From Spirochaetia bacterium (GTDB taxonomy: Bacteria > Spirochaetota > Spirochaetia > CADAEX01): a stretch of DNA of 64,000 bases. Location: NCBI GenBank assembly GCA_963662795.1, contig OY759746.1, forward strand, positions 1,280,001 through 1,344,000. Direction: 5' to 3'. Made by a program: the position numbers and the translations under genes. Each line of letters opens with the position of its first letter. The stretch's first letter is position 1. Shown in pieces: positions 27,762-36,039 of this stretch. The notes below the pieces were generated by a model. That model had not been told where the DNA came from. It made no database searches and saw only the letters and a list, made by a program, of their open reading frames with translations.

Positions 27762-28928
27762 TTAAGCACCAATAAATGACTTAATGAGAAATGCAATTCC
27801 AATACCAAGATAGTTACCGCAAGCTTCTCCAAATGCACCAAGAATGATTGCAACAGGCATTAGTGATGTCCAGCCCTGTGCTCCCGCAAGCATTGCGGTA
27901 GTCGGTCCGTCCCAGATAGCAGCTACAGAAGAAACGATATAATACTGCCATTCAATTTTAAATATTCTGCATAAAATAAGATGAAGTAAAACAGACCCTG
28001 CAACAACAGAAAAACAGAACAAAGCTATCATCGGTGCTGCATTGAGGACTTCTTTTATATTTAGCATGAATCCTATTACACATAGAAAGAAGAGACATAT
28101 ATAAAAACCAAGATCTACAGAACCTTTAAGTTTTTTAATTGGTTCAAATTGTGCCATAATTATTGAAACAGTTGTGATTAAAAGAATTCTTGTTGCACTT
28201 GCTATAAGATCGGAAAACTGACTGGTCACAAGTGTACATACCGAAACAATAGTAAATGCTGTTGCAAGGAGAATTGAAATGTCATGGATTGACCAGTCAA
28301 TGCTACTAAAAAGTTTTTCTTCATTTGGTGCGGCAAGCTGTTCAGAATTAAGAGAATAAGGCCAAAATTTCTGGAACCATTTCGCATTTCCGATTAGCCT
28401 TGGAAGAGCCATGAAAATAAGAATTGTAGGAAGGCCGATAGCATAATCAGCTGCATTACCAGCCACTATTGTATCAGGAGTTGCATTAAGACCTTGTGCA
28501 ATAGCTGTCAGATTCGGACTTCCTCCTGTGTAAGTTCCTATAAACATACCTGCAAGTTTCCATCCTTCTGTAATTTTCGGGGAAAAGAAAAGACCCATTG
28601 CAAGAGCTATCGTACAAATGCTGAAAATTCCTAAAATCATTGCGATCATTGGATTTTTTGCAACTTTAAGGAATTTTTTAACATCAATATGTAAAAGAAA
28701 CAGACAAAGGGAAACAGGCACTGCAAATTCAAAAATAAAGTTAAATGAATCAGACCACTTGGGCATAATTCCTAAATTTGATAAAATTGCTCCCATTATA
28801 ATAACTGTGATTACAGGTCCAAATGATCTGAATAATCTGAATTTCTGAAGATAAAAAGCAGATGCTATCATTATCATCATAACTGAAATAATCAATCCAA
28901 GACTGTCAGGAGAGATTAAACTTTCCAT
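27762..28928 (-). CDS. DUF819 family multi-pass membrane protein (putative transporter)
   Basis: About ten TM segments; LSNLGI, GTYTGGSPN, GPTTA and GNYLGI motifs. Confidence 0.85.
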   Translation of the reverse strand: MESLISPDSLGLIISVMMIMIASAFYLQKFRLFRSFGPVITVIIMGAILSNLGIMPKWSDSFNFIFEFAVPVSLCLFLLHIDVKKFLKVAKNPMIAMILGIFSICTIALAMGLFFSPKITEGWKLAGMFIGTYTGGSPNLTAIAQGLNATPDTIVAGNAADYAIGLPTILIFMALPRLIGNAKWFQKFWPYSLNSEQLAAPNEEKLFSSIDWSIHDISILLATAFTIVSVCTLVTSQFSDLIASATRILLITTVSIIMAQFEPIKKLKGSVDLGFYICLFFLCVIGFMLNIKEVLNAAPMIALFCFSVVAGSVLLHLILCRIFKIEWQYYIVSSVAAIWDGPTTAMLAGAQGWTSLMPVAIILGAFGEACGNYLGIGIAFLIKSFIGA

Positions 28929-28969
28929 TCATTTTCCTCCAAAATAGTTTATTGCCGGCCGGGCTTCAA

Positions 28970-29008
28970 ATGAAATGAAATTTCATTTGTTATGAAAGCT
29001 TGTTTCAT
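28970..29008. promoter_or_regulatory. Two tandem palindromic operator boxes ATGAAA-N5-TTTCAT (candidate RpiR sites)
   Basis: Boxes at 28970-28986 and 28992-29008, 22 bp apart, in the divergent DUF819/rpiR intergenic region. Confidence 0.7.
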
Positions 29009-29015
29009 GCAAAAA

Positions 29016-29043
29016 ATTATAACAGAGCATTTTGAGTTGTCAA
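29016..29043 (-). promoter_or_regulatory. Consensus sigma70 promoter of the DUF819 operon
   Basis: TTGACA (29043-29038)-16 bp-TATAAT (29021-29016), with extended -10 TGn. Confidence 0.8.
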
Positions 29044-29130
29044 GAATTTTTTAATCCCAAATCCCTCCATGGTGAGTTATTATTTATTTTTTTATTGCAA
29101 AAAAGCTTTTTTTCTTTTATTTTTTAATAA

Positions 29131-30012
29131 ATGAGTCAGGAAGAAATCTTTATAAACAACCTTTTTGTTAGAATTCAAAACCTTATGCCTTCTTTCAACA
29201 AAGCACAGTTTAAGGTTGCGGAATATTTTCTTAATAACCGGGAAGAGCTTAAGCATCTTAAAATAAAACAGCTTGCCCTTAACTGTGATGTTTCAGAAGC
29301 TACAATTACAAGATTTATCCGCAAAATTGGATTTAGCAGTTTTCAAAATTTTAAATATGCTATTATAAAAGTAGACTCATCTAGCAGGGAGAGCGTAGGA
29401 GGCGTTGATGATCTAGACAAACTCAATACTGAGGACCCTGTGGATAGTCTTATTTCCAGGGTTAAAAATGAATATATCTCGGATATACAGATGACTCTAA
29501 AAAATCTGGATACCAGAGAAATTCTAAATGCAATTGAAGCGATAAAATCTGCAAAAGGTATAAATTTCTTCTGTGTAGGAACATCCTGTATTGCTGCTAA
29601 AAACTCATACCTGCGCTTCTACAGAGCAGGTATAAAAACCTGTGTATATAATGATCCTGCAGAAATGGGTATTGCCGCATCTCTCTCAAAAAAGGGAGAT
29701 GTCGCAATAGGTCTAAGTTATTCAGGTAAAACTGAAGTAGTTAATATTGCAATGAGAATATCAAAAAAGAACGGGTCTACCACAATAGCAGTTACAGGGC
29801 CTGGACGATCTCCTTTAATAAAAATGGCTGATATAAAAATATCTTCACAGTATGAGGAGCTTGACGACTATCTTCTTACCTCCTACGCAAGACTTTCACA
29901 AATAATTATCATGGATATACTTTACACAGGTGTAGCTGAACAGAACTATGAAAAATCAGTCCAGTCAATTCAAAAGATCTCGAGTAACGCTATTGAAATA
30001 TTGCACCATTAA
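29131..30012 (+). CDS. MurR/RpiR family transcriptional regulator (HTH + SIS)
   Basis: VSEATITRFIRKIGFSSFQNFK HTH; VGTS, LSYSGKT, AVTG and SPL SIS motifs. Confidence 0.93.
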   Translation: MSQEEIFINNLFVRIQNLMPSFNKAQFKVAEYFLNNREELKHLKIKQLALNCDVSEATITRFIRKIGFSSFQNFKYAIIKVDSSSRESVGGVDDLDKLNTEDPVDSLISRVKNEYISDIQMTLKNLDTREILNAIEAIKSAKGINFFCVGTSCIAAKNSYLRFYRAGIKTCVYNDPAEMGIAASLSKKGDVAIGLSYSGKTEVVNIAMRISKKNGSTTIAVTGPGRSPLIKMADIKISSQYEELDDYLLTSYARLSQIIIMDILYTGVAEQNYEKSVQSIQKISSNAIEILHH

Positions 30013-30421
30013 AGGATTTGAGCTGAAGAATAATATTTTAAAGCTTAGCAAGTAATTTATATAATCAAATTTGGGACAGAAATAAATACAGGAAGAAACA
30101 TTTATTTTTTTATAATTTTATTGCACCAATTGAACTCTCAAATTATTTAATAGGTATGCTATTTATTCTCGATCAGTTCAAAGTATCATTGTTATATTAT
30201 CTTTTATTTTGAGGGATTTTCATCCAGTTCTTTTTGAATCAAAAATAATTAGTTTGAATATCGAAAAAAAGATAAATTATTCAGAACATTAAAATCTGTT
30301 AATTTTTCACAAAAAAAACAATTATTTCTCCTGAAAGTAAATAATCAATTGAGGTGTAAGAGAATTCAATAAATATTATTATATTAGGGCATAAGAATAA
30401 AACGAACTGTTTAAACTGCCT

Positions 30422-32551
30422 TTAATAATTCCTGGCCAGGTTCGGATCTACCTTTTTAAGACTGCAGTAACGGAGAAGAAACTGGGCTGTTCTGCCGCCC
30501 TCGAAACGGACAAGAACTACAGGCTCATCTTTGTTCATCCATTTTTTAATGACTTCTCCGGCGCCGTAATCCCTGCTGTATACAATGTCGCCCTCATTTA
30601 TCAGAGATGCCCCGCCTGATACCGTATTTCCGAAACCTTTCAGGGTTACAAGATTTTCAGGAATTTCAGATAAAAATCTTGAAGGGGGAAAAGAGTTGAA
30701 CTTCCCCCATATCCTCCTGCTTCTGCAGCAGGTCATATAGAGCATTTTTCTTGCACGGGTAATGCTTACGTACAGTATCCGCCGCTCTTCCTCAAGGTCC
30801 TCAATATTTTCCATATTCCTGAAACCGGGAAAAAGTCCCTCTTCAAGCCCTGTAATAATGACCCGGTCAAACTCGAGCCCTTTTGTATTATGCATTGTAA
30901 TAAGGGTAACTCCGCCTTTGTTCTCCTGTGCGGGAGAGCTTCGGTCAAGCTCCGTATTTTCAATAAAATCTATAAGTCCTTCCATGGAGGAAGGGTAATC
31001 TGCGGCATGGTTTACAAGTTCTTCAATATTTAAAATCTTCTGGGAATCGCTGTTTCTGTCTATTTCGCGGTAATATTGGGCAAAACCTGTTACAAGGGCG
31101 CATTTTTTTACAAACTCGGAAAGGTTATCCTCAGGTCCGGCAGCCTCGTTAAAAGAAGATCTTACTCCATCCATAATCTGTGCAAAGGCAGCTGCCCCTT
31201 TTCCCGCTTTTCCGCTTAGGGTTTTTGATCCTTCCGAGCACGCCCTGAGAAGATCGCCTCCGAAATTCTGAATGGAAAGACTTACAATTTTTTCCACTCC
31301 GGTTTTTCCAAGCCCCCGCGGAGGCTTGTTGATAACCCGTCTGAATGCAACTTCATCCCTGGGGTTTATAAAAAGGGATATAACGGCAAGGATATCCTTG
31401 ACCTCTTCCCTCTCAAAAAACCTGAGTGCTCCTACCAGCCTGTAGGGGATTTTCATCTTTGAAAAAAGAGACTCAAAGGTAAGCGACTGGGCGTTTGTCC
31501 TGTAAAGGATTGCTGTATTGCCGTAGTTTCCGTCATTAAGCAGGGAGCAGCAGAATTCAGCTTCTTCCTGCTGCGTATTAAAAGCTGCGACAACGCTTTT
31601 TTCGCCTCCTGTTTTTTCTGTCCAGAGTTTCTTGCCGAGCCTGCCGGTATTGTTGGCAACAACTGCTGCGGCTATGTCAAGAATATTGGAAGTTGATCTG
31701 TAATTCTGCTCAAGCCTTATTATCCTTGTGTTTTTGAATGTCTCGGGAAAAGTAAGTATATTCCTGACTTCAGCTCCTCTGAACCGGTAAATCGACTGAT
31801 CATCATCGCCTACAACTGTAAGGTTCGTCCCGTCTCCTGAAAGCATCTTTAAAAGCTCAAACTGGGCGACATTGGAATCCTGATACTCGTCAACAAGTAT
31901 TGTGCTGAACATGCGGGTCAGCTTTTCACGCACAGTCAGGTTTTCGCTTAAAAGAATCCCGGGCTTTAATATAAGATCCCCGAAATCGGCGCATCCTGTT
32001 GAATCAAGCTTTTTCTGATACTGCATGTAGATATCTGGGAATTCAGGATCAAACGAAACAGGTGAAAGATCATCGTTGTATGCAAGGCAGTAATCTTTTG
32101 CCCTGCTGATCATGCTGATGTAAGGCTTCAAATCTTTTTTTGCTTCACCCGGTCTTATGGACTGGAGAAGTGTGAGCATATCCTCTTCATCATAGATTGT
32201 AAAATTATTCTCAAGTCCGACAGGGGAACCGTATCTCCTTAATACCCACGCCCCGAATGAATGAAAAGTGCGGATCATCGGGGGATTGTTCAGATTTATG
32301 CCGGAAGATCTTCCGAGTATTGAGAAGACCCGATCTTCCATCTCCCGTGCAGCCCTGTTGGTAAAGGTAACTGCAAGTATTGAAGCAGGATAAACCTTTT
32401 TTTCAGATATAAGCCAGGCAATCTTTGCTGTTATGGCATTGGTCTTGCCTGAACCGGCCCCTGCCAGGATAAGAAGGGGGGACCCTTCATGAACTACCGC
32501 TTCGTACTGGGGTTTGTTAAGTCTTTCAAGAAATCCTGGTTTTTTTTCCAT
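30422..32551 (-). CDS. uvrD: UvrD/PcrA family ATP-dependent DNA helicase
   Basis: AGAGSGKT, VTFTNRAAREM, VDEYQD, VGDDDQSIYRFRGA, LEQNYRS, TKGLEF and EERRILYVSITRA motifs. Confidence 0.95.
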   Translation of the reverse strand: MEKKPGFLERLNKPQYEAVVHEGSPLLILAGAGSGKTNAITAKIAWLISEKKVYPASILAVTFTNRAAREMEDRVFSILGRSSGINLNNPPMIRTFHSFGAWVLRRYGSPVGLENNFTIYDEEDMLTLLQSIRPGEAKKDLKPYISMISRAKDYCLAYNDDLSPVSFDPEFPDIYMQYQKKLDSTGCADFGDLILKPGILLSENLTVREKLTRMFSTILVDEYQDSNVAQFELLKMLSGDGTNLTVVGDDDQSIYRFRGAEVRNILTFPETFKNTRIIRLEQNYRSTSNILDIAAAVVANNTGRLGKKLWTEKTGGEKSVVAAFNTQQEEAEFCCSLLNDGNYGNTAILYRTNAQSLTFESLFSKMKIPYRLVGALRFFEREEVKDILAVISLFINPRDEVAFRRVINKPPRGLGKTGVEKIVSLSIQNFGGDLLRACSEGSKTLSGKAGKGAAAFAQIMDGVRSSFNEAAGPEDNLSEFVKKCALVTGFAQYYREIDRNSDSQKILNIEELVNHAADYPSSMEGLIDFIENTELDRSSPAQENKGGVTLITMHNTKGLEFDRVIITGLEEGLFPGFRNMENIEDLEEERRILYVSITRARKMLYMTCCRSRRIWGKFNSFPPSRFLSEIPENLVTLKGFGNTVSGGASLINEGDIVYSRDYGAGEVIKKWMNKDEPVVLVRFEGGRTAQFLLRYCSLKKVDPNLARNY

Positions 32552-32619
32552 AATGTTTAGTATACAGGGGCCCTTATATTTCCTTAATCACGGCAGAGTA
32601 CTTTAAAACAGTAACTGTC

Positions 32620-34017
32620 TTACAGCGGAACTGCTTCAAGATCAAGATTGTTGCGCCTTGTTATCCTGCATTTTATCATATCACCGGGGGCAGCCTCGCC
32701 GCTGTGGATTATAACTGCGCCGTCAATATCAGGCGCGTTGAGATAACCCCTTCCAAGAACAATTTCTTCACCCTCAATTCGCTCTTCCGCAAGGATATCA
32801 AGCTCCATTCCGGTATATTTTTCCAGGTTTTTTTCAGATATCGAGGTCTGTATCTCTTTGAGATGTGCAATCCTTTTCCCGGTTTTCCTGGAAAGGATAA
32901 AATCAGATAAACCGCCGCCCATTTTTCCGGCAGGAGTTCCTTCTTCCCTTGAAAACTGGAAGAAACCGGCCCAGTCAAGCTTTGCCTGTTTTATGAAATC
33001 GGTAAGTTCCAATATGTCATTATTTGTTTCACCCGGAAAGCCGAGCAGGAAAGTGGACCTGATTACAGCGCCTTCGACATTGCCTCTGATATCACTTATC
33101 AAATCAAGATAGGCGTCGTGGTTCCCTTTTCTGCCCATTCCGGAGAGGATTTTTTCAGACGCATGCTGAAAAGGAATATCAAAATAGGGAAGAATTCTGC
33201 GGTCAGCTTTCATAATCGGGTAGATTCCCTTATCGAATTTATCAGGGTGCATGTAAAGCAGTCTTATCCAAAAGTTCCCTTTTATATCTGAAATTTTTTC
33301 CAGAAGCGTCAGAAGGGTTGATTTTTTTCCCCTGTCGCTGCCGAAAGATGCCAGATCCTGTGCAATAAGGTTTATCTCATAAAAGCCGGAACCTGCAAGT
33401 TCTTCAATCTCTTCAATTACTTCATTTTCATCCCTGCTGTCAAGCGGACCTCTGATAAGGGGAATCGCACAAAAAGTGCAGTTGTTGTTGCATCCTTCGG
33501 CTATCTTCACATATGCGCTGCCGGGAAATGAAAGTGATATACGGGTCTGGGAACCGTGCGCCGGAGTAAAACAGCCCTTATCAGCGGCCGCGTTTACAGC
33601 CGCGTCTGCCGGCCGGTTTTTTGATTTTTTTTCAGGGATGTACAGCTTTTTCCGCCCTTCCATAAAATCTTCAGCAACAAGCGATATTGCTTCAGGATCC
33701 CTGTTTCCGAATATCGCGTCAGCTTCCGGCAGTGAAGCTGCAAGATCTTCCCCGTACCGCTGGGCAAGACATCCCGCAAGAACTATCTTACGGTCCGGAT
33801 ACTGCTGCCTGAAAGAGATAAGTGTCTGTATCGATTCCTCTTTCGCAGGTTTTATAAACCCGCAGGTATTTATAATTATCATCCCTGCAGTATCCGCCGG
33901 TGAATAAATCCAGCCCCTGCCTGTTAGTGATTTGATTATTGATTCGGCGTCAACCTGGTTCTTGGCGCAACCGAGATTTTCAATATAAAAGGTCTTATTA
34001 GCCGTTTCTTTTTTCAA
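32620..34017 (-). CDS. rimO: Ribosomal protein S12 methylthiotransferase RimO
   Basis: LGCAKNQVDAE, NTCGFI, KIAEGCNNNCTFCAIP, IAQDL and APDIDG (TRAM) motifs. Confidence 0.95.
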   Translation of the reverse strand: MKKETANKTFYIENLGCAKNQVDAESIIKSLTGRGWIYSPADTAGMIIINTCGFIKPAKEESIQTLISFRQQYPDRKIVLAGCLAQRYGEDLAASLPEADAIFGNRDPEAISLVAEDFMEGRKKLYIPEKKSKNRPADAAVNAAADKGCFTPAHGSQTRISLSFPGSAYVKIAEGCNNNCTFCAIPLIRGPLDSRDENEVIEEIEELAGSGFYEINLIAQDLASFGSDRGKKSTLLTLLEKISDIKGNFWIRLLYMHPDKFDKGIYPIMKADRRILPYFDIPFQHASEKILSGMGRKGNHDAYLDLISDIRGNVEGAVIRSTFLLGFPGETNNDILELTDFIKQAKLDWAGFFQFSREEGTPAGKMGGGLSDFILSRKTGKRIAHLKEIQTSISEKNLEKYTGMELDILAEERIEGEEIVLGRGYLNAPDIDGAVIIHSGEAAPGDMIKCRITRRNNLDLEAVPL

Positions 34018-35171
34018 TAGAGAGGATGAGCCTTTACAACATACCCGCCGCCGGGTTTATCGTTCCACTTGATTATTTTGGCTGAAACTTCTCCTGCGCG
34101 CCCGAAACTGTATTCTGCATTATTCACAGTCGCAGCTACTGCGGCGGCATTTGATATCCAGATCCTTATATTGTCTGAAACTCCAAGGCGGAATGTGTCC
34201 CCCTTGTGGAAATAGCGCTCTTCTCTTCTCCCGCCGTCAGATTCGTATCTCATGAGGCAATAACCTCTGAAAGAAAGATTGACAGTAAACGGCCCTTTGG
34301 TTTCAGATTCGAGTATTAAAGTTTCACCCTGTTTTCTGGACTGAAGAGCAGAAGAGCCTGCTGCAGGAGCCGGAGAGGAAGAACCGGCTGCAACTGCGGC
34401 TGCCGACACATCGGAAAGTTCCTGTTCGCTGCTTATGCCTGATGAAACTACGGCCGGAGCTTCTGTTGTTTTATCAAATTTGAGAACAGCTCCATGTCCT
34501 TTCTCGTCAATGTCCCTGACCAGAATTTTAATATCGTTGTTTCCGTCTCCGTCAAGGTCAGAAAACAGCTCCTTCCCTTTTGCCAGTTCAACCTTGCCGG
34601 CAGGAAGATCAAGGGAAACCGTTTCCCCTGTTTCAGCAAGCACGATTTTAAATGGGACATCCCTGTATTTTACAATAACAGTATCTCCCTCTTCAAAGCG
34701 TTTTTCAATAAAAGCTGTAGTCATTTCATATTCAGCGCCTGATTTACTGCTGTTTTTCTGACCAGCAGAAACAGGTTTTTCCATGACCACTTTTGTACTG
34801 CTTTCAGAACCGTCCCTTAAGACCAGGAAAAAGATCAGGCCGGCAGCGGCTATTAGAATAAATGCGGCAGCTCCAATGTAGGCAAGGGCAGGTATCCTGG
34901 GTTTTGGTTCAAACAGCTCTACAGGAACAGGCTGCTCCTGTATCTTTGTATTTTTATAAATATTTATTATCTCGTCAACATTGAGCCCGAGATAACCCGC
35001 ATAGGATCTCAAAAACCCCAGCAGATATGCTTCTCCGGGGAAATCTCCGAAATTCTCTTCTTCAATTGCCTCAATATATTTTTTTGATATATTTGTTTCC
35101 CTTGAGACCTGCTCAATAAAAAGCCCTTTCTCTTTTCGGGCATCCTTAAATTTCTGTCCTATCGGTTCCAT
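34014..35171 (-). CDS. RodZ-like helix-turn-helix membrane protein
   Basis: IGQKFKDARKEKGL...YIEAIEEENF...GFLRSYAGYLGL, one TM helix, periplasmic C-terminus; lolA-rodZ-rimO context. Confidence 0.85.
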   Translation of the reverse strand: MEPIGQKFKDARKEKGLFIEQVSRETNISKKYIEAIEEENFGDFPGEAYLLGFLRSYAGYLGLNVDEIINIYKNTKIQEQPVPVELFEPKPRIPALAYIGAAAFILIAAAGLIFFLVLRDGSESSTKVVMEKPVSAGQKNSSKSGAEYEMTTAFIEKRFEEGDTVIVKYRDVPFKIVLAETGETVSLDLPAGKVELAKGKELFSDLDGDGNNDIKILVRDIDEKGHGAVLKFDKTTEAPAVVSSGISSEQELSDVSAAAVAAGSSSPAPAAGSSALQSRKQGETLILESETKGPFTVNLSFRGYCLMRYESDGGRREERYFHKGDTFRLGVSDNIRIWISNAAAVAATVNNAEYSFGRAGEVSAKIIKWNDKPGGGYVVKAHPLY

Positions 35172-35214
35172 AACAAATCCCTGTTTCCTAATCTTGCATA
35201 ATATTGTTCATTGC

Positions 35215-35239
35215 CGGATTCTACTGCTGATAGAATCCG
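35215..35239. other. Intergenic hairpin between lolA and rodZ-like genes
   Basis: CGGATTCTA-7 nt-TAGAATCCG; no clear T-tract on the minus strand. Confidence 0.5.
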
Positions 35240-35263
35240 TCATATTTTTAATCCTGGTATGAC

Positions 35264-35956
35264 TCAATTCCCCGGATCAAATAAAAAATTTTCAAAAACA
35301 TTTGCAGATGCAGGAGGAATATACTCAAACCGTGCATCAGGAATATTCTGATTGATAATGATTTTTTTGAAATCAAACTGTACTGTCTCGTTTTCAGGCG
35401 TTACCCCGACAATTCTTCTTATGTAACCGTCCGGTTGTACCGAAAGATCAATCTGCCGGAATCCTTCCTGGGTCGATTTCCACAGCAGTTTCAGCTTTAC
35501 AACCATTTCCACTTCAGCTGCGCCGCTGTCGAGAGGAACAGGATCCGGACTTTCAAGATAGGCAACCGAATAATTCCTTTTAAGAAGAACAAGCCCTTCC
35601 CTGCTGGCCAGGGAGGCGCCCCCTGTTATCTGGTTTTTACTGTCCAGTTTCTGGGACATAGTCACCCTGTATCGCGGTATATATATTACAAGCCTCGTTC
35701 CGTCAAAAGCAATTGTCTGTTCTTCAGGTTCTGTAAAATTGATTCTCAGTTTGTCAGGATACTTGTGAAAAAGGGTACCGGACATCTCAGTGCCCCCCTT
35801 TGTGATAATAACATCTGCCTGATAGTCTTTTACCTCTGCATAAACTGCTGAAATTCTTTCAAAATAATCTGTTGCAGTGAGGATTTGCTGAGTTTGCGCG
35901 TATAATACGTTTGATACTGTGAATATTAAAAAAATTAAAAAATTTCTGTATGTCAC
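35264..35956 (-). CDS. lolA: Outer-membrane lipoprotein carrier LolA family protein
   Basis: Signal peptide; KYPDKLRINFTEPEEQTIAFDG and F-x-Y-x-PP C-terminal motif; promoter TTGACA-16-TAAACT at 36011-36038. Confidence 0.8.
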   Translation of the reverse strand: MTYRNFLIFLIFTVSNVLYAQTQQILTATDYFERISAVYAEVKDYQADVIITKGGTEMSGTLFHKYPDKLRINFTEPEEQTIAFDGTRLVIYIPRYRVTMSQKLDSKNQITGGASLASREGLVLLKRNYSVAYLESPDPVPLDSGAAEVEMVVKLKLLWKSTQEGFRQIDLSVQPDGYIRRIVGVTPENETVQFDFKKIIINQNIPDARFEYIPPASANVFENFLFDPGN

Positions 35957-36039
35957 TTTGTCTTCTGCATTAATTATATCAAGGGTAATTTGCGGTTCCC
36001 TTAACCCAATAGTTTACTTAAACAATACTGTTTGTCAAG

